Origin: Octopus sinensis | Taxonomy: Eukaryota | Reading direction: 5' to 3' | DNA: 60,124 nt | NCBI RefSeq assembly: GCF_006345805.1 | Contig: NW_021834417.1 | Location: 1-60,124 of the forward strand | Shown: piece by piece, positions 1 through 12,310 of the stretch | Numbering within the stretch: the stretch's first letter is position 1 | Layout of the letters: each line of letters opens with the position of its first letter | The notes under the pieces: generated by a model | Told to the model about the DNA's origin: nothing | What the model saw: only the letters and a program-made list of their open reading frames with translations | Databases searched by the model: none | Translations under genes and position numbers: made by a program

Positions 1-882
1 GTATTGGCTTTAGAATAACCCTCTTTAGCCCTTAATTATACGATATATATATATATATATATAATATATATATATATATATAATATATATATACAGATAC
101 ATACGTACACACACATATATACCCTGTAAATAATAATGGTATTTTTATATAAGCTTAAAGCTTTTGGCGATCACCGTGCAATGACTAAGGAAAATAGTCA
201 AATAAAAAGAAAAAAGAAGGCTTTAAGTTTATATGAAAACACAAATATTATTATTTATGGAATTGTAAAACCGGCGCTGTATAAAAAACCGTTCGCACCT
301 AAAGCATATATATGTCTCACTGTGTGTTCGCGCGTGTACGCGCACGCGTGTGTGCATGTGTGCGTGTGTGTATGTATGGATGTAATATGTGATATAATTG
401 TTGGTTGGTTGGTTGGTTATTCCATTTACGCGTTGCAATGAATAAAGAGAAGAAGAGATAGAGTAAAAGAGAGACACAAAAAGAATTGAGATAAGAAGTT
501 CAGGATGAGTACACTTCCAAGGCTTGGAGACAGGCAATGATATCTGTCTGAAAAATATACTTTTTTAATGAAAATTTGCAGAGACAAATTTCAATTGGAA
601 TAGATTACTTTTATGTCTTGAAAATTAACAACAATAACAACGTGCTTATTGCAAATTTACAAATGAAAATTTTGTTTTAATTTAATTTTATCTTAAGTTA
701 TCAAATATTTTTCTTTTCAAAATTTATATTTATTTCATCACTGTGTATAAGCAAAAGAACCCGTGTATATGTGTGTCTGCATGTGTGTGTGTGTGTGAAC
801 TTACACTCCGAAATCTTTACAAAAGATGAAGTTCGCAGGGTAAAAAGTGGCTATAAGAGGAATCCAAGTGAGCAGATATTGA

Positions 883-1435
883 GACACCCCTACCTTCGGT
901 CATGAATGACCATGGGATTGCACCTACAAAGTTACACTCCAAGGCATAAGTCCGGACAAAGTTGCTTATGGAAGGCGGCGAGTTGGCAGAAACGTTAGCA
1001 AAGGCGGCGTGCTGGCAGAAACGTCTGCCGCTTCGTTCTGAGTTCAAATTCCGCCGAGGTCGACTTTGCCTTTCATCCTTTCGGGGTCAATTAAATAAGT
1101 ACCAGTTATGCACTGGAGTCGATATAATCGACTTAATCCGTTTGTCTCTCCTTGTTTGTCCTCTCTGTGGGTAGTAAAGAAATAGGTGGTTTATGGAAGG
1201 CCAGCAGTCGCCCATGCATACCGGCCTCCCCTCTCCATGCCACTGATGTTATCCAAGGGAAAGGCAAGGGCCGATACAGCTTGGCACCAGTGACGTCGCA
1301 ACTCATTTCTACAGATGAGTGAACTGAAGGAACGTGAAATAAAGTGTCTTGCACAAGAACACAACACGCAGCCCGGTCTGGGAATCGAACTCACAACCTC
1401 ACGATCGTAAGCTCGACGCTCTAACCACTGAGCCA
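883..1435 (-). mobile_element. tRNA-headed SINE family C, interrupted by a family A SINE
   Basis: Minus strand begins TGGCTCAGTGGTTAGAGCGTCGAGC...GAGTTCGATTCCC (Pol III A/B-box-like) followed by a CORE-like GTGTTCTTGTGCAAGACAC; related fragments at 2415-2630, 3795-3915, 30050-30130, 48860-49000. Confidence 0.8.
973..1184 (+). mobile_element. SINE family A, long-tail form with a duplicated head
   Basis: GGCGGCGAGTTGGCAGAAACGTTAGC head, GAGTTCAAATTCC B-box, GCCTTTCATCCTTTCGGGGTC body, tail ending GTAGTAAAGAAATA; nested in SINE C. Confidence 0.85.
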
Positions 1436-2070
1436 ATTACCGTCACGAAATATTCAGAAAAGAACATATTAAATAGTGTAATCCTTGATACGTTAGGTCT
1501 GAAAATAAATGACTTTTCCTAGGACAGGAACCAGGGAACTTTTTTAGCCAATTACTCCAAAATATATTTATTTACACTGACATTACCCGCTTGATTTGAA
1601 AGGACGAAAATCATAGATTCTTTGAATTTAGAGGTTTATTGAATCTGTTCATATGGAGAGTGGAGATAATGCAATATACAAATAAAACCGCTTGGGCTAC
1701 TTATATAAAATATACATACATACACGTATGTAAATAGGGAGAAAACACACAATGAAAATATTCATACGATGAACATTGATGTATAAATATATGAATATTT
1801 ATATAGTAACAACAAACTTACGCTGTGTACAAAGATATAAAACTACCTATCACAAAATTACCTATCCCTCTACACTGAAGATGGAGTCCTGGTTTACCTA
1901 ATGTTTATATGCTTCCACTGCTGGTTGCATATCCTTGACGTTTTGCGAACTGCATGTCAACATTATGACGTAATTCCTGGCCCCCAGAAACAGCTGTCGG
2001 TCATCTAATACCATACATTCTCCCCTCAATTGTTTTTGTATCTTTGTACTCTACGTAAGTCTGCTATATA

Positions 2071-2151
<81 letters not shown>

Positions 2152-2414
2152 CATCTATGTATTTATAGAAATAGACAGGAATGTTCATCGTCTGACTATT
2201 TTCAGTCTTTGTTTCGTCTCTATTTACATGTATATACCTTTTATATCGATTTGTTTGACAAACCCGTCATACGCAAATAATATACATGTGTATGCGTGTG
2301 TGTGTGTGTGCGTGCGTGCGTGCGTGTTTCAACACATATATATACGGTGGTCGTATATATTACAACTGTTTCAACAAATAATTCTTAAAATTTCGGTTGC
2401 ATTTTTTGTCGTCG

Positions 2415-2630
2415 GGCTCACAATCATGGGGTAGTGAGTTCGATTCCTGGACCGGTCTATGTTGTGTTGTTGAGCACTATATTTCACGTTGCTCCAGTTC
2501 ACACAGAGACTGGTATGCATTGGTGACTGCTGGTCTTTCACAAACAACCTTGCCCGGAATTGTACCTGGAGGGTAACCTTCTAGGTGCAATCCCATGGTC
2601 GTTCATGACCAAAGAGGGTCTTTACCTTTT
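2415..2630 (+). mobile_element. SINE family C, internally deleted copy
   Basis: Matches head and tail (GGTGCAATCCCATGGTCGTTCATGACC) of the 883-1435 copy in opposite orientation. Confidence 0.7.
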
Positions 2631-2651
2631 TACATTATATATATATTATAT

Positions 2652-3036
2652 GGAGGCGCAATGGCCTAGTGGTTAGGGAAGCGGACTCGCGGTCGCAGGA
2701 TCGCGGTTTTGATTCCCAGACCAGGCGTTGTGAGTGTTTATTGAGCGAAAACGCCTAAAAGTTCCACGAGGCTCCGGCAAGGGATGGTGGTGATCCCTGC
2801 TGTACTCTTTCACCACAACTTTCTCTCACTCTTACTTCCTGTTTTTGTTGTACCTGTATTTCAAAGGGCCGGCCTTGTCACTCTCTGTGTCACGCTGAAT
2901 ATCCCCGAGAACTACGTTAAGGGTACACGTGTCTGTGGAGTGCTCAGCCACTTACACGTTAATTTCGCGAGCAGGCTGTTCCGTTGATTCGGATCAACCG
3001 GAACCCTCATCGTCGTAACCGACGGAGTGCTTCAAC
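2652..3036 (+). mobile_element. tRNA-headed SINE family D
   Basis: GGAGGCGCAATGGCCTAGTGGTTAGGG...TTCCCAGACC head; near-identical inverted copy at 15777-16140. Confidence 0.85.
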
Positions 3037-3119
3037 ATATATTATATAGATGCGTCCTGCCAATGGATGGGTAACCTTGAAAGTATATGTCTATCACCAT
3101 GGGTATTATCAGGAAATAT

Positions 3120-4230
3120 GGCATACATACAACAATTGAAATTTATCAAATTTCTTGGGGCTTATGAGATACCCCTTTTTATTATAATAGAAAGCTGTAT
3201 CAATTCGCTTACCAAAAAGCATGAAGTACACAGAAGAAATTACGAAATCTACACTAAAAAGGGAATTCTTCAGAACCATAGTACAATATGTGTTTCTTTA
3301 CGGTTCCAAGACATGAACTCTGATAAGAGAGATAGAAAGTAAGCTTTGGTGGGACCTATGTACATATGTTGTATGATGTTCTCAACTGGCACTCCACGAG
3401 TGTGTGGAGTGCACGTGAAATTAACGAACACTCCACAGACACGGGTACCCTTAACGTAGTTCTCATGAAGATTCAGCGTGTCAGAGAATACTACAAGACT
3501 AGCCCTCTGACATACAGGTACTACTCGTGTGTGTGCCAGCGTGGAGACGCGTGCCGTAGTGGTTAGGGTCCTGGACACAAGATCGTAAGATTGTAGCTAC
3601 GATTCCGGATGAGGCGTCGTGTACTTGAGCAAAACGCTTCATTTCAGGTTGCTCCAGTTTGGCAAAAATGAGTAGTCCTGCGACGGACCGGTGACCCGTC
3701 CAGGTGGGGAATTTATACGAGATGGAAACCGGAGAATTGAGCCGTTATGAGCCGGCATGACTCAAGAAGTTAACTTTACCTTTTCTATCATGTTTACCAG
3801 CTGAGTGGAACGGAGCAACGTGAAATAAAGTGTCCTGCTCAAGGACACAATGCGCCGCCGAGTATCGATCTCATGACCTCACGATTGTGAACCGAATGAC
3901 CTAAGCACTAAGACATGAATCTTCGATGTTCTAAACAAACCATGTTCTAAACAAACGATGTTCTAAACAAAATTTCTAAGAAAGAAGAGCTTTATCGTAA
4001 TATTTCGCATCGTATCATCAATCATTTGAGAGTGGAGGACAAGATATGCTGGTCACAACTATCAAAGCAAAGATAAATTATCGAGTGAGCTTCTTTTGTG
4101 GATCCCGAACCATGGGAATTCTTATGTCGGACGACCCAGAATGATAAAACATCGATCAACTCTTTCGTGTAGAAGACCTCAAAAATGTCGCTAAGAGAGA
4201 AAGAATGATTTTGTTCTGGGCAACCAACCC
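3120..4230 (+). mobile_element. Decayed RTE-clade LINE ORF2 C-terminus, split by later SINE insertions
   Basis: Manual translation: ...FFRTIVQYVFLYGSKT*TL (cf. VLLYGSETWTL) at ~3260-3330 and RTRYAGHNYQSKDKLSSELLLWIPNHGNSYVGRP (cf. RFAGH...LLLWEP.HG...GRP) at ~4030-4140; 3385-3915 is occupied by SINE fragments. Confidence 0.65.
3540..3785 (+). mobile_element. tRNA-headed SINE with V-SINE-like central block
   Basis: GCCGTAGTGGTTAGGG head; CCTGCGACGGACCGGTGACCCGTCCAGGTGGGG resembles the V-domain as recalled; tail ends AACTTTACCTTTT. Confidence 0.5.
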
Positions 4231-4466
4231 GAAACGATAGAAAACAATAAAGGCTTATACGAATGATGAATTGCATTCGAATAAAACAGATTCTTCATTT
4301 GTATAACTCCTCCCACATCTACTCTGATATTTACAAATCCTCCTCCTCCCTTGATTCTATGATTCTTTCTCACTTTGCGAGAGTTGGTAGTGTTCATTTA
4401 TTCATTGCCTGTCATCAAGCACGGCATGTGCACTCATCCTGTACCATTTATGTCAACTCTCCGTAA

Positions 4467-4662
4467 AGGCGGCGAGTTGGCGAAATGCGCAGCCGTATTT
4501 CGTCTGCCGTTACGTTCTGAGTTCAAATTCCGCCGAGGTCAACTTTGCCTTTCACCCTTTCGGGGTCGATAAATTAAGTACCAGTTGAGTACCGAAGTCG
4601 ATGTGATCGACTATCCCCCTCCCCCACAAATTCCAGTCCTTATGCCCATAGTAGAAAAGATT
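4467..4662 (+). mobile_element. SINE family A, short-tail form
   Basis: Same head and body as 973-1184, with a different 3' tail (CCCCACAAATT...GTAGAAAAGATT). Confidence 0.85.
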
Positions 4663-4876
4663 TATGTTAGCACTTTGTTTCTCTCTCTCTTTCTCCCCAC
4701 TCCCTCCAATTTCTATTCAATGCAGAACATGTTTGGAGAAATCAGCCAACCACCGAACATTCATTTACATCGGCAAATATTTACATCGTCCAATAATACT
4801 TTATTTGTTCCACGTCCTCGCGTTGTTGTGTTTTTTTAGTTTTCTTGTTTGTATTAACTTTATATATATATACTAT

Positions 4877-4935
<59 letters not shown>

Positions 4936-5105
4936 TATATATATATATATATACATACATACATACATACATAACACGTCACGTTACGAGGACCCGCTTT
5001 ACGAGACTGGGCTTTAAGTGTTTTTACGAGTTTTATTTTCTGTTTACAAGTTATCGCTTTACGAGAATCCTCCGGGAATGAATTAACTCGCATATCGAGG
5101 CATTA

Positions 5106-5159
<54 letters not shown>

Positions 5160-5307
5160 GCAACGCATAGACAGAGCATGAAATATTGCTTTAAGATAGA
5201 TGGCGTATTTCATAAATATGTCTGTTCAAGTATCATAATAGCATGAAACTGTTAGTAGTTCTTTCGGTTGGATATTCAATTTGATATTTGTGTGTGTGTG
5301 TGTGTGT

Positions 5308-5354
<47 letters not shown>

Positions 5355-5920
5355 AGTGTGTGCGTGTGTGCGCGCACGCGCGTTTACAACCAGGACGAAT
5401 ATGAAAAGTCCGTTAAATACCATACAATATAAATTCTTGATTGATTTAAATGATTTTATCTTCAAGAGCGTTTAGATCAACCGGTTACGGCACCAGCACC
5501 AAATGAGAAGAGGCGATAATCACAACAAACAAGAATTCTCAGAAATTTATATACCATGAAGGAAAAGACAATTTGATTGCCTGAAGATAAGAGAACAACT
5601 GTGGACATATGTTTCTGCTTCAATAGACACCATCAGAACAAATATCGTCCTGTTTATATCAGCATCAGATACGATATTTGGATGGTATAACACGTTTGTG
5701 GCCTAAGCAGTTTACGTCAATGAAATGAAAATGATCTTTTATTTTGTGAGTCGCTTATGATTACTGCTATGCAAATTTCAATTCACTGTCAAATTTTGTA
5801 TACGTTATTCTGTACATCACCTCCTGCCTACCTTCCTTCAACTCACGCCAGTGACCCACTTGAATTATTTCCCTTTGCCCACATTTTACACACACATATA
5901 CACACAGAAGGAAAGAGACA

Positions 5921-5961
<41 letters not shown>

Positions 5962-6061
5962 AGAGAGGAGTACACATACACAAGCATTCGCAAATAGAAT
6001 AGTTCGTCCATAATCTCTTCCTTCACACTCACATACAGATACAAACATACCTATATATCCA

Positions 6062-6093
<32 letters not shown>

Positions 6094-6094
<1 letters not shown>

Positions 6095-6506
6095 TCTCTT
6101 TTACTCTATTTACTCTTTTACTTGTTTCAGTCATTTGACTGCGGCCATGCTGGAGCACCGCCTTTAATCGAGCAACTCGACCCCGGGACTTATTCTTTTG
6201 TAAGCCCAGTACTTATTCTATCGGTCTCTTTTGCCGAACCGCTAAGTAACGGGGACATAAGCACACCAGCATCGGTTGTCAAGCAATGCTAGCGGGACAA
6301 ACACAGACACACAAAGACACACACGCATATATATACATATACATATATACGACGGGGTTCTTTCAGATTCCGTCTACCAAATCCACTCACAAGGCTTTAG
6401 TCGGCCCGAGGCTATAGTAGAAGACACTTGCCCAAGGTGCCACACAGTGGGACTGAACCCGGAACCATGTGGCTGGTAAACAAGCTACTTACCACACAGC
6501 CACTCC
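6094..6506 (-). mobile_element. SINE family B (CORE-like, (GTAAAAGA)n tail)
   Basis: Minus strand GGAGTGGCTGTGTGGTAAGTAGC...GGGTTCAGTCCC head, CACTTTGGGCAAGTGTCTT-type core, tail GACTGAAACAAGTAAAAGAG; about 19 copies in the window. Confidence 0.9.
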
Positions 6507-6640
6507 AAGTTTACGAAAAAAACAAAGGACGAAGACAGGTGGTGTACAAAACAAACAGATGTATTAGTATAACGCTCAGGAATAGAAAAATCTTTTACGT
6601 TTCGAACCTACGCTCTTCTACAGAAAGGGACATATATATA
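6507..6640 (-). repeat. Short dispersed repeat containing an HHR-like fold (core CUGUAGA)
   Basis: Homologous to 7575-7790, 24841-25045 and 37500-37640; motif at 6592-6627. Confidence 0.7.
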
Positions 6641-6780
6641 TATATATATATATATACATCTAAAAACTTTTCCCTTCTCTTCAACTATTTTCCTTTTACT
6701 TTCACGTTTCTATCTCTTTTATTGTTATCTTTCTTTTTCCTCTCTCTGTCTAAACATTTTCTCACACATTTTCTCGCACC

Positions 6781-6828
6781 GTCTCTGATGAAGGAATATA
6801 TAAAACATCCCGGAAACAGCTGTAAGAC
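6781..6828 (+). ncRNA. Decayed type I hammerhead ribozyme motif
   Basis: GTCT-CTGATGA-...-GAAA-C-AGCT-G-TA-AGAC: stem I 4 bp, palindromic stem III, GUA site; stem II closing pair is broken. Confidence 0.55.
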
Positions 6829-6896
6829 CTTTTCTTTATAAATGTTCTGAAACTATTTACAGCCTTGAATTTTTTTTATCTCATTCTGTCAATTTG

Positions 6897-7024
<128 letters not shown>

Positions 7025-7553
7025 TATATAAAAGTTAATCCAAACAAGAAAACAAAAAGACAACAACGCGAGGATGTGGAACAAATAAAGTATTATTGGA
7101 CGCTTAGGAAAGAAGGGAAGAAGGAGGGTATGACGTTTCGAGCGGAGCTCTTCGTCGGAAACATAGGAGAAAGAAAGATCCCGAGGTGGGAGGACAGAGA
7201 AAAAAACTATATATAAAAACTATCCGACGAACAGGAACGTGAAACTACTGATTAACAGTTTTTTGTAATTTTTTGCTGCTTTTTAATAAAGTATATATCT
7301 ATACATATAAATTTGACACGGGCGATTCTTTCTTGCCTTGGGATTCACGGTCAAACGGCTGGGTTCAATTTTTGATTTGGTTGAATCTTGTTTTTTTTTT
7401 ATTTTGGTCAGTTATTTTTAGCATTTTGACAGAAAAAAGTCATTCTAAAATTGCTTTTAACGTAAGCGTGCCCAAACAAGTCGAATGCTTACACAGAGCA
7501 GGTTTTACAGCCACATCATCCAGCTCGACCGGGTGAAACCGGGCTTAGCTACT

Positions 7554-7574
<21 letters not shown>

Positions 7575-7587
<13 letters not shown>

Positions 7588-7790
7588 AAGGGAAAGTTTA
7601 CGAAAAAAAACAAAAGACGAAGGCAGGTGGAGTACAAACAAACAAATGTATTAGTATAGCGCTCAGGAATAGAAAAAGTCTTTTACGTTTCAAGCCTACG
7701 CTCTTCGACAGAAAGATACACAGAAAAAAACAAGGAGAGAAAAAATGTGCGTAGGAGCTAACGATCTATCATGGCGTCCTGACTTCGGAC
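7575..7790 (-). repeat. Short dispersed repeat with HHR-like fold (core CUGUCGA)
   Basis: Minus strand TCTTT-CTGTCGA-A-GAGC-GTAG-GCTT-GAAAC-GTA-AAAGA at 7679-7716. Confidence 0.7.
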
Positions 7791-7800
7791 AGTATATATT

Positions 7801-8020
7801 CAGGGTTGGCCAAAAGTCACTCTACAGTAAATCAAAATTCCATTGATACTATTTGCAATTCTGTACTGACTCGAATGGAAAAAATGTGTCGCTCAAGAAT
7901 GACTTCCAGTTTTAAGAACTTTCATGATGCTTTTATTAAATTCATACAGTTCTTAAACATGAATAAAACTTGGAATTAAATGGTTTTGATTTACTGTCAG
8001 GTGACTTTTGGCCAACCCTG
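7801..8020. mobile_element. Tc1/mariner-type MITE
   Basis: Perfect 20-bp TIRs CAGGGTTGGCCAAAAGTCAC / GTGACTTTTGGCCAACCCTG, extending imperfectly to ~40 bp; TA on the right flank. Confidence 0.85.
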
Positions 8021-8482
8021 TATATATATATATACATATTTTCCCACATACACCGCTCTAGTGCTTTCTTGTTCTCACGTTTCTGCTCTTTATTCTCTCT
8101 TTTCTTCTCTCTCTCACACACACACATGCATTTCGTACACATATATAGACACACATATATACCTACCCACATATGCTACGCATCACTATCTCACACCCAC
8201 ACGCACTTACTCTCTCTCTCTTTGTCACTCTCATTCTTTTCCTTTCTCTCTTCCTGTTTTTGTCTTTCGGGTTCTCTCTCCCTCTCTCCTCCTCCTCTTC
8301 TTCCTATCTCTCCGTCTCTGTCAGTCTCTCTTAGACATGGAATTTCTTGTTACGTGTCATTTCTCTCGCCATAGTTCATACGCACACATACACAAACATC
8401 ACACGCGCATACACTCATAAATGCTTTCTCTTGTCTCTTCCAAAGTCCTAAACACACACACACATATATATAAATGCATATA

Positions 8483-8713
8483 AAGGCGGCGAGCTGGCAG
8501 AAACGTTAGCACGCCGGGAGAAATGCGTAGCCGTGTTTCGTCTGGCGTTACGTTCTGAGTTCAAATTCCGCCGAGGTCGACTTTGCCTTTCATCCTTTCG
8601 GGGTCGATAAATTAAGTACCAGTTACGCACTGGAGTCGATATAATCGACTTAATCCGTTTATCTGTCCTTGTTTGTCCCCTCTGTGTTTAGCCCCTTGTG
8701 GGTAGTAAAGAAA
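8483..8713 (+). mobile_element. SINE family A, long-tail, full length with target-site duplication
   Basis: Flanked by the direct repeat ATATATATAAATGCATA on both sides. Confidence 0.9.
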
Positions 8714-8941
8714 TATATATATAAATGCATACATATACTAATGCATACATATACTAAAACACACACAGGGTTTCTACTGGCTTCTTACTATTTTATTTTT
8801 GTGTGTGTGTTGCTACACACACGATTACACACACAAACACACACACACCACACTTTCTCGTCTTTTCTCTGCATTTCATTATAATTGAGACATATACACA
8901 TGCAAATATACGTAACACAGACTCTCTCTGTCTATCTATCA

Positions 8942-8994
<53 letters not shown>

Positions 8995-9038
8995 ACTGTC
9001 TGTCTGTCTGTTTGTCTGTCTCTCTCTCTCTCTCCCTC

Positions 9039-9078
<40 letters not shown>

Positions 9079-9304
9079 TGGTACCTAGGACAAGTGTCTC
9101 CTATTATAGCCGCTAGCTGACCAAAGCCGATAAGTGAACTTGGTAGATGGAAACTGAAAGAAGCCCGTTGTATATACATGTGTGTATGTGTGTGCGTGTG
9201 TGTAATCTGCATGGCCGCAGTCTAATGGCTGAGACAAGCAAACAATAAAACATAAAAGATCTATCTCTTGCACGTGATACACAGTTACTCCATAATACTT
9301 CACT

Positions 9305-10076
9305 TTCTCTTACACACGCACACACAAACTGTCTCTCTCTGTCTCTCACTCTCTCTCTCTCTCTCTCATGCATACACATACATATACACACACACACGCA
9401 AACACTACACACAAACTCTCTCTCTCTCTTTCACTCTCTCTCTCCCTCTCACTCTCTCTATCCCTCACTTTCTCTCTAACTCTCTCTCTCTCATGCACAC
9501 ACATACATATACATACACACACACGCACACACAAACTGTCTCTCTCACTCACTCTCACTTTCTCTCTCTTCTCTCGCTCTTTCTCTCTCTTTCTCACTCT
9601 CTCTCATGCACACACATACATATATATACACACACACGCATACGCACACACGCATACGCACACATTACACACAAACTGTTTCTCTCTCTCACTTTTTCTC
9701 TCTCTCTCACTTTCTGTCTCTTTCTCACTCTCTCTCTCTCTTTCTCACTCTCTCTCATGCACACACATACATATATATACACACACACGCATACGCACAC
9801 ATTACACACAAACTGTTTCTCTCTCTCACTTTTTCTCTCTCTCTTACTTTCTGTCTCTTTCTCACTCTCTCTCTCTCTCTTTCTCACTCTCTCTCATGCA
9901 CACACATACATATATATACACACACACGCATACGCACACATTACACACAAACTGTTTCTCTCTCTCACTTTTTCTCTCTCTCTCACTTTCTGTCTCTTTC
10001 TCACTTTCTCTCTCTCTCTCTCTCATGCACACACATGCACACACATACATATACACACACTCACACACACACACAC
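9305..10076. repeat. Minisatellite built from compound (CA)n and (CT)n microsatellites
   Basis: Units start TCATGCA at ~9366, 9491, 9604, 9755, 9894, 10023 and each contains ACACAAACTGTTTCTCTC. Confidence 0.85.
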
Positions 10077-10465
10077 AGGTTCAAGCATTTCCTTTCCCTC
10101 ATGCTACTTTTTAATTATACTTAATTAACACTTTAGTTTTAGTACATGATATTATTTTCTTAAATTTCCATTGGTTAATTACTTCGTTAAATTCCACCAC
10201 TCTCTTACCCTTTCTCGGCAACTTCCACATATCGCCCCAAAGGACAATCCCCCACCACCCACACACACACACCAACACACACACAGGTTCAAGCATTCCT
10301 TTCCTCATGCTACTTTTAATTATACTTAATTAACACTTTAGTTTTAGTACATGATATTATTTTCTTAAATTTCCATTGGTTAATTACTTCGTTAAATTCC
10401 ACCAATCTCTCTTAACCTTTCTCGGCAACTTCCACATATCGCCCCAAAGGCACAATCCCCCCCAC

Positions 10466-10507
<42 letters not shown>

Positions 10508-11100
10508 AAGGTTCAAGCATTTCCTTCCCTCATGTACTTTTTAATTATACTTAATTAACACTTAGTTTTAGTACATGATATTATTTTCTTAAATTTCCAT
10601 TGGTTAATTCTTCGTTAAATTCCACCAATCTCTCTTACCCTTTTCGGCAACTTCCCAATATCGCCCCACAAAGGCACAATCCCCCCACCACACACCACAC
10701 ACACACCCACACAGGTTCAAGCATTTCCTTTCCCTCATGCTAACTTTTTAATTATACTTATTAACACTTTAGGTTTAGTACATGATATTATTTTCTTAAA
10801 TTTCCATTGGTTAATTACTTCGTTAAATCACCAATCTCTCTTACCCTTTCTCGGCAACTTCCACATATCGCCCCAAAGGCACAATCCCCCCACCACACAC
10901 ACACACACACACACACAGGTTCAAGCATTTCCTTTCCCTCATGCTACTTTTTAATTATACTTAATTAACACTTTAGTTTTAGTACATGATATTATTTTCT
11001 TAAATTTCCATTGGTTAATTACTTCGTTAAATTCCACCAATCTCTCTTAACCTTTCTCGGCAACTTCCACATATCGCCCCAAAGGCACAATCCCCCCCAC

Positions 11101-11142
<42 letters not shown>

Positions 11143-11733
11143 AAGGTTCAAGCATTTCCTTCCCTCATGTACTTTTTAATTATACTTAATTAACACTTAG
11201 TTTTAGTACATGATATTATTTTCTTAAATTTCCATTGGTTAATTCTTCGTTAAATTCCACCAATCTCTCTTACCCTTTTCGGCAACTTCCCAATATCGCC
11301 CCACAAAGGCACAATCCCCCCCACCACACACCACACACACACCCACACAGGTTCAAGCATTTCCTTTCCCTCATGCTAACTTTTTAATTATACTTAATTA
11401 ACACTTTAGTTTTAGTACATGATATTATTTTCTTAAATTTCCATTGGTTAATTACTTCGTTAAATTCCACCAATCTCTCTTACCCTTTCTCGGCAACTTC
11501 CACATATCGCCCCAAAGGCACAATCCCCCCCACCACACACACACACACACACACACAGGTTCAAGCATTTCCTTTCCCTCATGCTACTTTTTAATTATAC
11601 TTAATTAACACTTTAGTTTTAGTACATGATATTATTTTCTTAAATTTCCATTGGTTAATTACTTCGTTAAATTCCACCAATCTCTCTTAACCTTTCTCGG
11701 CAACTTCCACATATCGCCCCAAAGGCACAATCC

Positions 11734-11765
<32 letters not shown>
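10077..11765. repeat. ~212-bp tandem satellite, 8 units, with a duplicated trimer
   Basis: Units start (C/A)AGGTTCAAGC at 10077, 10285, 10509, 10713, 10917, 11144, 11349, 11557; identical ORFs 635 bp apart (10376 and 11011). Confidence 0.95.
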
Positions 11766-11767
<2 letters not shown>

Positions 11768-11903
11768 CACTACAACTATTCTCTTACAGTGTTTTCTCAG
11801 TTTACCTTCGTTTCAGATCCTTCGTTCATCTCTCGAGTCACCCGAATGGCGGAGTTTATTGTGTTATGCACAGATTTTTGACCTCTCTTCATTCTGGAAG
11901 GAG

Positions 11904-11956
<53 letters not shown>

Positions 11957-11989
11957 GTGTGTGTGTGTAAGTGTGTGTGTGTAAGTGTA

Positions 11990-12310
11990 TGTGTATATTT
12001 CACCATCACCACCATACCATTATCATCACCATCACCACCACTACCACCACCACCACCAGCACCACCATCACTACCACCACCACCACCACAACCACCACCA
12101 CCACCACAACCACCACCACTACCACCACTACCACCACCACCACCACCACCACCACCACAACCACCACCGCCACTACCACCACAACCACCACCGCCACTAC
12201 CACCAATAACACCGCCACTACCACCAATACCACCACCACCACCACCACTACCACCACCACCACCACCACCACTAACCACCATTATTACCATCATCACATT
12301 CCCAACACCA
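11990..12310. repeat. (CCA)n/(ACC)n microsatellite
   Basis: Direct inspection; source of the poly-Pro/His/Thr/Gly ORFs. Confidence 0.95.

Noticed and set aside
2652-2725. tRNA-like sequences at SINE 5' ends
   Set aside because: They continue directly into SINE bodies and lack a complete cloverleaf; not tRNA genes.
10077-11765. CRISPR-like periodicity here and at 13150-13695
   Set aside because: Units are wholly repeated with no unique spacers; eukaryotic satellite context.
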